Assembly (NCBI GenBank): GCA_964658305.1
Contig: OZ210885.1
Location: 23,126,001 to 23,190,000, forward strand
DNA from: Leptogorgia sarmentosa
Lineage: Eukaryota
DNA: 64,000 nucleotides
Reading direction: 5' to 3'
Shown: piece by piece, positions 12,078-23,871 of the stretch
Layout of the letters: each line of letters starts with the position of its first letter
Position numbering within the stretch: position 1 is the stretch's first letter
Translations under genes and position numbers: made by a program
Notes under the pieces: model-generated
The model's input: the letters and a program-made list of their open reading frames with translations, nothing else
Told to the model about the DNA's origin: nothing
Databases searched by the model: none

Positions 12078-12199
12078 TTTTAAAGCGTCCTTATTTACTT
12101 TATACGTATACTATATATATATATATATATATAAAAGATAAGATAAAATGAACTTGGTTTACTTATTTTATTCACGAATAAAATCTTATGCGTTTTTCA

Positions 12200-12361
12200 A
12201 CACGCTTGCATTTGCCTGATTTTCTTCCATATCGTACAAGAAATATGTCATTCAACTGCTAAGACCTTGATCTTTATGACCATGCAAAAATCACGTTCGT
12301 ACACCCAGTAATTAACGCACAATGGCATGCCAAAGTTGGATTACCTTTTTTTTGAGACACC

Positions 12362-12366
<5 letters not shown>
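12200..12366. mobile_element. Tc1/mariner-type terminal fragment
   Basis: Ends TTTTTTTGAGACACCCTG|TA, the same terminus type as the element at 35849-38700. Confidence 0.5.
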
Positions 12367-12425
<59 letters not shown>

Positions 12426-12649
12426 TTACAAAGCAGTAACTGTACAGTACTTAGTTGTACATAATAAACAAAGGGAAACACAGTTTGTGAAAAAATTCTC
12501 GAGTTATTCGAATACGGAAAGTATACATATCTATAGACATGTAAGACTTGATACTGAAGGACAACATATAATTATGAGAATATTAGAACATAGTTATGAA
12601 AACTTACGTTTTTTTCAACGTCATCGATTTCATCAATCGTTGTTGAGCA

Positions 12650-13660
12650 ACAAGCCAAAGTCCCTACCAAGGCGCGGCCCAAGCCCTCTCGCCTAGAGAA
12701 AAGCTGCCCACTTTGCAAACAGGCCGGACGTCCTGACACTCGTCACTTTCTGAGCCAATGCGAGTTCCTCCCAGACAAGTTCCCAGTCCGTCCATCAAGC
12801 CGATGGCTCATCGACACTCACGGTCACCGGGACATGCATGTATTCCACTTCGAAGGCCTAGTTGTACAAGATCTTGATGTAGGGATACTCGCCGGGACAC
12901 CATTCACGGAACTAAATGACATCGCCGTCCTACCTGCAAAGAGAGACGTAATCCTCAGCAACGGTTCCAGCTACACTTACGGTTCGTCTCGTAACCAGCT
13001 CTCCAACCCTACCGCCCGGTATGCGTTCCTGCTGAGAGCTCCGCCGTCAGTCCAAACTATCTGGCCCGGAGAATACCTCGAAGTTGAGTTACCTGATGAT
13101 GCCCCCGCAGACTGCGAATATGCACTTGAACCCCACAACGACGCCCATAGCTCTAAACAGACGTGGCCCAACCCTTGCATAGTTTCAAGTGTCGCATGTC
13201 GCATCCGCATCCCGAACCTGTCTTCCGAACCGCTCACACTAAGACGCAACCAACATGTCTGCCATGCTACACTCACCTTTCAACCGGAGACCAAACCTGG
13301 AGATGCTAAAGGCAAGCCAACCGTGCGTATTAAGCCGGCAGTACCTCATTCTGCTGCCGTCCAGATCGATCCCGACAACCAACTACCACAAGACATTCAA
13401 GCCGAGTTCAAGTCACTGATGAAAGAGTTCGACTCTGTGTTTGACGATGACTTCAAAGGTTACAATGGTGCTGCAGACCCATTCCAAGCAAAAGTGAACA
13501 TGGGCCCAGTCGAACCTCCACAACGAAAGGGTCGCCTCCCTCAATACGATCGTGGTAAGCTCGTCCTTCTCCAAGAAAAGTTCGACGAACTTGAAGCACT
13601 CAGCGTCTTTGAAATACCACAGAAGGCAGACACCACAGTCGAATACCTCAACCCCTCCTT
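12650..13660 (+). mobile_element. Gypsy-type LTR retrotransposon internal fragment (gag zinc knuckle, partial protease region, start of RT)
   Basis: CPLCKQAGRPDTRHFLSQC knuckle near 12700; ILAGTPF; GYNGA...VNMGPVEPPQRKGRLPQY...VEYLNPSF at the RT start, where it is truncated. Confidence 0.75.
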
Positions 13661-15489
13661 CCGTTAATTGCAGAATGCCGAACTGTCCATCGTGTAGGAC
13701 AGAGGGTCCTTAATGCTGGATAAGATAGCTGTGACTCGCATTCCGATACGAAGGTGATCTCCCTGCGCGTGGTTTCAAAGAGATTCAGTCTCTTCGGTGA
13801 AAGCTTGATCAGCTTGACAAGCTCGGAAATGAACTCCATGCAGTTGCGCAGTAGTTGACACTTCTTGAACGCACAAGTTCAAGCTGTGGGCAAAGCAATG
13901 GACATATATACAATGATTTGTCTCTTTCTTCATTAGAGCCTGGAGACCATTATGAACACCGCTCATGTTGGCTGCACCATCGTATGCTTGGCCAATGCAC
14001 TTGGCTATCGCTAGAGAACATCTCACTAGAACATCTTTAATAACATGGAACAAGGTTAATGCCAGCATATTGGGAAGCTGGATCAAGCCAAGTGGTATTT
14101 CGTGGACATCATAGCATGAATCCACGTAACGAACTGCAATGCACATATGTTCGTTAAGTGATATGTCTGTAGCTTCATCAGCAATCAGCGCAAATTGATC
14201 GGCTGCATAGATGTCCTGGAGCAGCTGCCTTAGGACTGTATTTCCACATATTGTAATGATCTCGTTGATGATAGCAGGAGAAATGTACTCTCGCTTTTTC
14301 AACCACGGGCCTAGTGGTGCGCAATTCTTGGCGTCTTTCAGAAGCAACTGGTACAGGTTTCCATCAAAGGTGTCATTGTCTTCGCGATTGCCACGAAGTG
14401 CTAAGCCCTGCCGTGCGAAATACTAGACGTTCTCTAACACCTTCAAAAACATCATACGGTGGTTTCTCATCTCTTCCTCGCATTGTGTGGTGAGATGCGC
14501 TGCAATATCGATTGTATTAGACTTGACCTTTGTGATTGCCTCACGGTGCATCTCACTCTTCTCATGCTCGTAAAATCGTTGTATTGCTTTTTTCCAATTA
14601 GAGAACCCCCCTTCTACAAATGTTAATTTAATACGCTTGGAAAAGGTTATCAAATTTTGCTTCCTGGCACTGCAACACACATGACAAAACACTTTATATG
14701 ATGATGTGCATACACTAATCCATGGATGTTTATCATACCAGCTGGCCTGAATTGACCTTTTTGAATTTTTCTGCTCCACCGTTCCGATTGGGTTTTTCAA
14801 TAAATGTACATCTTTCAACAAAAATGTACAAATTTCAGGTCACATGCTCTATTGATTGGAAAAACTTAGCTGTTCCACTGGTGACAGGTGTGAAGCCGGA
14901 TACAAAGAAACTTAACATTTCTACCCTTACTCAACAATTTGTACAGAGAAGCTGCGCGAAGAACAACCGGCTTTAAATTGCAAGAAATTATAGTGTAATA
15001 TAATTAATATGCAAATGTTTAACGACAACGATATATGTATAATGCATTTATATTATCGATTAAACTTTAGACTTTGGAGATGTTTTATTGGAGTGTTTAG
15101 AGATACATTGTCCATAAAGTAACTACATTAGCATAACCCGTTATCTTGATATATTGAAATGCAAAAATACAACATAATTCAACGAACGAGCGGCCAAATT
15201 AATTGTAAACAATAAACATGTAGAAGAGCACAAGGTCAAAGGTGACGCTTTCAAAGTTCAAAACAAATCACAACTTACCAATTTCACTTTCTGTATTGCT
15301 AGAACTTTGGGGTGGATCAGGGGAAAAGAAAGATTCAATCTTCTTCTGCGCCATACAATTATATAATCGTACGATTAGGACGTGTTTTGACTTTGAGACT
15401 AACTGATCATTATTAGGGGGCTAAGCCCCCCTGCCTTTGAAGTTAGGGGGGCCTGAGCCCCCCCAGCCCCCGTGGTTCCTACGGCCATG
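13660..15489 (-). mobile_element. hAT transposon 5' portion (ZMYM1/TTF-zinc-finger-type transposase), decayed
   Basis: WYDKHPW..VFCHVC..GFSNWKKA..HEKSEMH; YISPAIINEII; IADEATD; GQAYDGAANMSG; HCFAHSLNL; CPTRW. Terminus CATGGCCGTAGGAACC with G-rich subterminal tract ends at 15489. Confidence 0.9.
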
Positions 15490-15725
15490 TAGTGAAAGGA
15501 ATTCTTAGCAGTCTGTTTCATTGAGGGTCCTGAAGGGGTAAAATGGGAACTGGTATTTGCTTATTTTTGGCTGGGAAAATGGGAAATTTCACGCACTGGG
15601 ACAGGGATTCATCAGCAATAAAACAATAGAAAATGGGAATGGGATTAAGATGTGAACTGGGCAGTCACCGAGACGATAGAATTTGTGCTCTTGGACACTG
15701 GGATTTAATAAACATTTGGGCTGGG

Positions 15726-15970
15726 CCAAGACTACCTAGACTACCAAGACTACCTAGACTACTAAGACTACCTAGACTACTAAGACTACCTAGACTACTA
15801 AGACTACCTAGACTACCAAGACTACCTAGACTACCAAGACTACCAAGACTACTAAGACTACTAAGACTACCTAGACTACCAAGACTACCTAGACTACCTA
15901 GACTACCAAGACTACCTAGACTACCAAGACTACCTAGACTACCTAGACTACCTAGACTTCCAAGACTACC
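15726..15970. repeat. 9-bp minisatellite (CTACCAAGA / CTACCTAGA / CTACTAAGA, ~27 units)
   Basis: Seen directly. Confidence 0.95.
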
Positions 15971-16231
15971 TTTACCACTCGGACTAAATAGACTGACTGT
16001 TTGACAGTATTCTTGGTAATTCCTAGCACATTTGTCTCAAACTTTTTTTAATTAGTTTTTATTCCAAACTAACTCTTATACTAGTTATCTCATTATACAA
16101 TCTGGCATTGTCATAATTTATCACAATTTAATATGTTAGATAACCCAAGTACGAGATAAATTATCATTCAGCAACAACCAATCACATACGACCTTTCGAT
16201 CGGTGCTGGCTAGCTTGATTTTATAGTTACC

Positions 16232-17412
16232 ATGCTTTCTGAAGATTCGGATGACAATGAAGAAATGGGTGAAGAAAGTATCATAACATACTATTTTAAT
16301 CGAGGATTTAGTTATGATGAAATGCTTATATTTCTAGAAAAACGTCATAACTGCAACATGAGTAGGAGTACATTACTAAGACGACTAAAAGCTTATGGTC
16401 TAAGTAGAAGAGGGTTTGCTGATAAGTCTAACTCAGAGTATGTATTAGAACAGGTGCGACATCGTATCCAAGAAATTATAGATGGCCCTGGATCATCAGG
16501 AGGGTATGGAACGGTGTGGCATACTTTGGAGATGGAAGGATTGAGAGTCCCAAGAATTGTTGTGCAGGATATACTAAAAGAAATTGACCCGGAAGGAACT
16601 GAACTTACAAAAGCACATCGGCTAAAACGGAGAGAGTACCACAACCCAGGGCCAAATTATGCATGGCATATAGATGGATATGACAAACTTAAACCTTGGG
16701 GCTTTCCTATCCATGGTGCCATAGACGGATTTAGCTGCAAAATTCTTTGGCTTAATGTTACATGCTCAGATAACTGTCCTGATAATATTGCAAAGTTTTA
16801 TTTGAACACAGTAGAAATACAGCAAGGATGTCCCGTTGAGCTTGTAACCGATCTTGGAACTGAAAACGGGCTGGCAGCAGCAATACAGTGTTATTTTCGT
16901 GACAACCAGAGTGCACATTGCTACGTTCCTTCTCCACGAAACCAGCACATTGAGGGATGGTGGTCTTATCTTTCCAGAAATCGCTCGACGTGGTGGCGAA
17001 ATTTCTTCACCGATTTGAATCACGTGGGGAAATAGATTTATCTTATGACCTCAGCAAAGAATGCCTGTGGTATTGTTTTTCTGGTCTTTTACAGAACGAC
17101 ATTGATGAAGTCAAAGAACACTGGAACACACATCGCATTAGAAGATCAAGATACAACACGGTACTTGGACGTCCAGACTCACTTTTTTATTTTCCTGAAT
17201 ACCATGGGGGTGTTGGTAATGTTTTAGTTCAAGTGCCATTACAGGAAATTACACACATGATGAAATTATCGAAGTTAATCACAATAACGAGTACCAAGAG
17301 TACTTCGAGTATACCAGGAATGCTATTGGCCTTCCATCTTTACCTGCAAGTCATTGCGAAGAAGCATATGCACCATACAATAGACTGATGCAAGTTGCAG
17401 AACATGGCATTT
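16232..17412 (+). pseudogene. IS3EU-type DDE transposase/integrase-core protein with N-terminal HTH, one frameshift near 17020
   Basis: GPNYAWHIDGYDKLKPWGFPIHGAIDGFS, VTDLGTEN, NQHIEGWW, WNTHRIR. End approximate. Confidence 0.8.
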
Positions 17413-17866
17413 GAGCATTAGTACTCTTGCCCTACGAATAGTCTCCTTTGAGGAACATCCTGCGATTAAAGGCAGTTCTTTAAAGCCACGATCAAAACTA
17501 TTAAGCTTGTTGAATGTTGATTTTCTTAAAGTGAACGACTTCTCATTTATTTGCAACATTTAACACTAGTTTACTGTAATTGAAGAAACCTATATTTTGG
17601 TGGGTCCAAAAACAACAAAGAACCACAAAACTGCTGCAGAACATACTGGTTTTCCCAGATCCTAGGAGGTAAAACGCGACTATCTGTTACATAAAAAAAG
17701 TTTTGAAGACGTTTAAGGGATATGAAAACGTTTTATTCTTATCACAAACTTTAAACGACACAACATGAAACTTCCAGTAATTCTAATGGTAATTAACGTA
17801 AACAATTAGTGTTTCTCACTTGGCCAAATCGTTTGCCATTAGGTTGTCATTACTGTCGGGTAGTAA

Positions 17867-20861
17867 CTCTTTCCTGACTGACCAAAAAACAAAGGTTTTT
17901 TGTGGAATATTTTAAAATATCCATTATTTTGTGGCAATTCAACCAATTTTTCTCATTTATATCTTGTTTTTTTTTCCAAGAGGAAGGGGTTCAATTTCCA
18001 AGAATTTTGCCATGGGCGCAACACACCGTTAGCATAAATTATGCTAATTTCTGCATAGCAATTAGCATAAAATGTTGCAATTTTATTAGAAAAGTGGCAA
18101 TATCTTTTTTACATTGCAAAATAGGGAAAACATTTATATTACTGAAATGTAGCATACATGAATATACAACTGTACAAAAAAATTCATGGAAAAATAATAA
18201 AAAGTGCACAAGTTATGACTGTTCATGAGCAATGAGCCAACAGACCTAAAAATGGATTATTTTGAAAATAATTAGAAGCAGCTGAAGTGAACAGCAATAA
18301 CATTTTTTATAGGCACATTTCAAAGAATAACTCACAGTTTAGGTCCATTATTACTTCAATGCTTGTGATAGTCATCCTTGTGCCAAACCTCAAAACAATT
18401 TTTGTTCTTTGTACAATGCATGTAGGCATTGCATTGAGGAGCACTACAGTATGTCACTACTTTCTGTACAGATTTGTCAGCTGCATAACAAACTTTACAG
18501 TTTCTTTTAGTGTCAGAGCATTTTAGTACATGTTCAGTGTGAAATAGCCCTTGTGGTTTCTGATGTACTGGAGGACTTAAAACTTGCGGTTTGCCATACT
18601 CATCAAGGCCAGCTAATTGCCTGACCAGTTCCTCTCGGAAATCCAGGAGTGAGAACCTTTTCGAACGATGCAATTCTTCGATTTCAGGATGCTCTGCACA
18701 GAACAATTGAAAGAGAATAAAACTGTTGACCACTAAAATGTCTATCATATGGAAAAATAAGACTTTCCACCATCGCAAGCACTTTCTCAGGGTGTTCTTC
18801 TTTGCAAGAAGCTGATCTGATCTATCAACTCCATTCATGTATTTGTTGTATGTAACAATTGCTTTTGGTTGCTTGACTTCAATGTTCTGCCATTTATCAT
18901 TCACCTTGACATTTCTCTCTGCCATTACATGATCATTTGCTGTATCAATGGATGTTAACATTGTAACAACTTTATTATCTTTCCATTGCTGTGCCAAGCA
19001 GCAACCATCTCTGTTCCACCCCATGCCCCCTCTCTTGACTTTGTTAGCCCATTTCTTTCCTCCTTTCATTGACACTGGAAAATTCTTCCTATTTTCTTGG
19101 CCAGTTCCACATGATGGTGTGAGAAGGGCAAATAGATCTTTGACGAGCTTGACAGATGTATAAAAATTGTCAAAGAAAAATCGATATCCTTGTCTAGTGT
19201 ATCGCTCGATCAACCTCATAACTACATCATACCTTAGTCCATTTTTGCTTTTTTCCTGTGCAGGGTTTTTTCCTACATACACATCAAAATCACAAGTATA
19301 GCCATTGATGCTGTCTGCAAGTACCCAAAGTTTAATTCCCCATAGTATGTACTGACGAATTCCTGAGTCGTGATTTTACCATTCGCTCATCAATGCTTAC
19401 ATTCTGGAAAGGTTGATATAGGTCTTTACATTTAGCAGAAAAGTGATCGATGAACTTCTGCACCTTCTCAACTTATTACCACTATCTTCAGTACCAAAAT
19501 CAGAAACGTGAAGCATTGCCATTAGTGCCTTGAATCTATCACGAGACATCATTCCCCTTGCCCAGAGTCCATGGTAAAAAGTTTTTGTGCTCCAATAATG
19601 ATGAAATGAGCTTACATTCACCAAACCAAAATAGATAATCAAAGCAATCAATTTCCACAATTCATCCTCTGTTGTTTCTGTCCAAGCACCATGCCAATCA
19701 CCATAGTAAAGCTTCTCAGGTATTTTCAGCCATGCATATGAATTTGTATGCTGGCAAATTTCACTCAAGAGCTGCTGGGTGAAAAGTAGCTGAAAGACGT
19801 GAATGGCTTTTGTCATGTGACCACGTAATACTTGAGAATTAAGGTGCACACCAGGTGGTCGTGATGGCTGGAAATCTGGAAGCTGATTACCTTCATCATG
19901 ATCATCAAAACTTTTTACTGGTGTAGGTTGCCTTTCATTTCCTTCACTCAAACGCCATCTACTTCCTCTTGCATGCCCACCCCTTCTTCCCCTTATACTT
20001 CCTTGTCCCCTTCTACCTGCACGCCCCCTTGGACTTGAACGGCCTTGTGAACTTGCTTGTGCTCTCAACTGTGTCCGTCCTCTTGCAGTTGTTTGCCCCC
20101 TTTTACTTGATGAAGGACCTCCTGTGCTAGATTGTCTCCTTTTATTACCACAACGCGCTTGCTCTTCTTCGTCAATCCCTATTTGTTGTTCATCTTCACT
20201 ACTTCCATTATCTGAATCAGGTACATATTCACTGTGCTCAACATCTCCCTCCTGGTCATTACTTTCACTATTGGCATCACTACAAGGGTAAAAAATTGGG
20301 CATTTGATAGTCATTTTCACTTGAATCAAGATTCATCACTATATACATCACTATATATACATATATATATATATTATCTAAACTTGAAATTTGTCATATG
20401 ACAAGGTGTACATAAAACACTAGGATGAACAACATGCGACTTGAACGTTTACTGGCCATGGTAGACATAATATCAATTATCGTTCCCGCAATTTGTGTTC
20501 ATGCACATGTGTTATGAATTTCATGCTTTGCAGTTCATGTACTATTTTCAAAACAAATCACTTCACATAATGATCTGGGAATCCACATAAAATAGAAAAC
20601 ATTCAAAACAAAATAAAATAATCGATTCTGGAATATTTTGAAGTAATATTATAAGGTATATGGAATGCTTGCAATTTAGTATATGAATTTTAGACAGAAC
20701 GTATGCAAACTAACCTCATCTCTGCACCCAGTTCAGACGAATTTTCATCGAATATTTCGGCATCTATCTCACTTTCCTCGCCACTTGTCAAACCTCCATG
20801 ACTTGAGTCTATATCACTCTTTTCGTTTCCTTCGATAAGGCAAAATGAAGCGACTTCTTCA
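17867..20861 (-). mobile_element. piggyBac transposon (PGBD4-like transposase), decayed, 5' end deleted
   Basis: MSRDRF, IDERMV, FFDNFYTS, YNKYMNGVDRSDQ, WWKVLFFHMID and C-terminal Cys-rich CKVC...C..C..HC..CF. Candidate terminus GTAA|CTCTTTCC at 17867 is uncertain. Confidence 0.85.
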
Positions 20862-22430
20862 GGCACCAATTACTGGAAAGCAAATCTTATGATCTGGATA
20901 CTGAACATGACAGTCAAAGCAGATTAAAATTGCCAGTTTCTCTCCATTAAGTGGCTTGTGCCGTTGGCCAATTAATCAAGCCATAACACCTGCTGGACTT
21001 TACTCCGGTTTAAGAGAAAGAGAAAGTCCTGACAGTGATCCATTATGTTTTCTTCGATCATTCTCTTTGTGCTTCCTTCCGGGGAATATTCTGGATTCAT
21101 TATGGAACATACATAATTGGCATTAACATCATCTTGATTCTTTGTATCCAGAACAAACAAAGGTTTGCAAACTTCTGGATGTGTTATGATCGCACTAGCA
21201 AAACCAAACATGCAGAGTCCTCTCATGAACTCTCTCAAGTACACAAGTCGCTTCATTACTATGGTAATGATAAAGGACCTGATTATATGTGCCTCATTAA
21301 TAAGACCTGTGTGGCCAAGTTCAAGAATTGATTCCAGATGAGATGGAAGATTACTTCGGATTAATGAAAGGAATTCTCTGCCGGTTGGAGTTAAGTGTTT
21401 GTCAGCATCAAGATTATTCACATCAACATCAGAATTGACCATGAGATTGTAGACAGTTTCCTCAATAAATTTAGGTGCTGGTCCTCCCTGTGACAAACTG
21501 GTTGCCACAATTTCACCGCAAGCAACAAAACTGCCATTTTCAACATTGGATGTGGAATCAATAGGACTTAGGAAACATTTGGCAGTAATTTAGTGTAAAA
21601 TTCTTCAGCAATTGCCCCAGAATCAATTCCTTTTTCACCCGAGAAGTGGACTCTTAAAAGCCTGTAAGAAAAGGGGATTCTTCTTAACCTCTCTTTTCCA
21701 AATTGCAAGTGTTCTTGGCAATAGCACTCCTCTTCTCACAACGATGAATGACTTATCCAATCTATCTACAGCTTGATACTTTCCTTATTACTGAGTAAAT
21801 GTCAGTAACATTTTCCACTTCTGAAGAGGACTCGTTCTCAATCTTCTGCATTTCCCAAGCAAGTTCTTCGTCTAAAATAATTTGCTCTGGTGTTTGTGAT
21901 TGCTTTGCTTCAGGATCAGTGTGCGCCAGCATAGGACTTTTGCACTGCCGTTTTGTAGTAGGTACAAATTCTTCATCAGAACTTTCTGGGTCGTCGCGTG
22001 AGGTACTTAAGGATGCACCTGATGGGCCACCAAAATCAGAATCTGATTTATTGAAATCTGACCTTGAACAAAGGTAAAATGTAATATTCTTATAATCCTT
22101 CCCTATTTCTTCACAGTAACACTTGAGGCAAAAATCATCCTTGGTTGAACCGGGTAGCAACATGGCAACTCCCCATCCTCATATAACAATAAATATACCT
22201 GGTCAGGTTGGTAGAAATTGCTATAGAAATTTTGCCATTTTTTTCAGCCTTGTGCATAAAGGGCAAGTATGACACGGTTGGTGAAACCCTTAGGGGCAAT
22301 CTTTTCCCACGTTTACGTTTAAGTTCTTGGTCCTTATCACTCCATTCCATCAGACCAATATTTATAACAACGTCATTTTCAGCTTTTTTCTTCTCAGTGC
22401 CTTTGCCTTTGGTTACACGGTTTTCCATTC
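20862..22430 (-). pseudogene. HECT-domain E3 ubiquitin ligase (G2E3-like), fragmented
   Basis: VHFSGEKGIDSGAIAEEF (~21600-21650), GEIVATSLSQGGPAPKF, FMRGL, YSPEGS, C-lobe GQRHK...CFPVIGA cut at ~20862. Confidence 0.75.
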
Positions 22431-22659
22431 CTTGGCTTTTTCTTCTCGGTAATATTTAAAAGACTTAACATTACACTTCTCACTGGAGGTGGAGATATTT
22501 ATGCCTAATAAAAATAAACATTAGAAAGACTTTCGAAATACATTTTGATTCCAAATGAAAGCGATAAAAAGTTTATTTTATTTTAATTTTTTTTTTTTTA
22601 AATCTGTGAATACAGTAGAACTTTGCTGCTTCAATTTGGCATACCCTAAATGGCCTAGG

Positions 22660-22986
22660 CAGGGGCCACGGAAGAACCTCAAAAGTTGGGGGGGGGCACA
22701 ATCAAAAAAGGGCACGGATGAAAAAGGGCACTTTCCTTTCAAAAAAAGAGCACGTTTACCCTTTGGCCTTTGTCCAAAATTGGGGGGCACTTGCCCCCAA
22801 TGCCATAAAATACTAACATTAATGATTAATTCCATTATTATATCAAGCGCACACTATATGACACAAAAGGCCCTATATAACACAAAAAGGGCACAAATCT
22901 AATCGAAAAAAGGTCGCATTTTCTTGTTTTCAAAAATTGGTGGGGGCACCGTGCCCCAGTGCCCCCGGCCCGTTCCACGGCCCTTG
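22660..22986. mobile_element. hAT-type MITE (327 bp)
   Basis: TIRs CAGGGGCCACGGAA / TTCCACGGCCCTTG, imperfect 8-bp TSD GGCCTAGG/AGGCTAGG, internal AAAAGGGCAC repeats. Confidence 0.75.
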
Positions 22987-23716
22987 AGGCTAGGGATGTT
23001 TGGAAGCGAAAAATAGAAGGGAATAAGGAAATATGATTTTGAAAAGTGGAAACACGAAGGAATTTCAGCCCATTGAACTAAAATACCTGGAGCGAGAATG
23101 TTTTCATCCGGCAAGAAATACATGCATGAATGTTTTTGATTCACACAAGGTTTCCTGTTTTGTTCCAACTGTTTTACGCCCATCATGCTCAAAGGGTGAG
23201 CATTTTTATTTTTATATTTCAAAAAAATGACGTGTGAATGTTTTGATGTGTCAAAAAACCTTTGCTCTTCAATCGACCAAAATATATGTTATGAAACGTT
23301 TAGACAGTCCCAAACCTATTTTGCAATAAGCGCGAGGTATCCTTCTTGATTTTAAACGTTTTGTTGCACTTTATAGCATTTAAAACATGAATAAATCTAC
23401 GTTTTTCGAATGGTGTTATTTTATCAACCTCGTTTTCAAGAGACAAACAAGCGTCACATCAGGCCATGCGCTTGTAATATTTCTAGTTGTTCACATACAG
23501 ATGACAATTTGCAGGACATGGACTTTACGGCTATGATCTATTACAAAATATTACCATTATTACAAACAATACATGAATTCGAAGAAAACATGACCGTAAG
23601 AAAAACAACATGGCCGTGGCAGTCACATGGCCGTGGCAGTCACATGGCGGGACACAAAATAATAAAACTGATCTATATGAAGAACTGATATAGATAAAGA
23701 ACAGATCTATATAAAG

Positions 23717-23871
23717 AGTGAATTTACGTTTGCCGTGAGTGAATTTACTTTTGCCGTGAGTAAATTTACTTTTGCCGTCAGTGAATTTACTTTTGCAGTG
23801 AATTTAATTTACTTTTGCCGTCAGTGAATTTACTTTCGTCGTGAGCATTTACTTGAGCATGGGCCACCGTA
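23717..23871. repeat. Subterminal ~21-bp tandem repeats (GTGAGTGAATTTACTTTTGCC-like, ~6 copies) and transposon terminus ...GGCCACCGTA
   Basis: Repeats seen directly. The terminus reads TACGGTGGCC on the minus strand, fitting the TAY..RTA ends I recall for IS3EU. Partner end not found. Confidence 0.6.

Larger units (their letters stand above)
9907..12115. mobile_element. Head-to-head inverted pair of 5'-truncated Penelope-like (Naiad-type) elements, ~2.2-kb palindrome
   Basis: Arms 9907-10985 and 11037-12115 are reverse complements with a handful of substitutions; 51-bp spacer. Each arm encodes SNHPP/IIWYNPPYS, CxCx5Cx5C and GIY-YIG (IIYQA...YIG) and ends CRHR. Confidence 0.95.

Noticed and set aside
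9907..12115. Palindrome as a pure assembly artefact
   Set aside because: The arms carry several substitutions, have an asymmetric spacer and end at the element's 3' tip. Not fully excluded without reads.
15633..16004. 123-aa (LPR)n ORF
   Set aside because: Translation of the 9-bp minisatellite; no other coding evidence.
17560..17575. TTAA|CACTAG as the piggyBac terminus
   Set aside because: No partner end to test it against; 17867 is an equally unproven alternative closer to the piggyBac subterminal motifs.
23717..23853. CRISPR-like array
   Set aside because: Head-to-tail repeats with no unique spacers, no cas genes, eukaryotic context.
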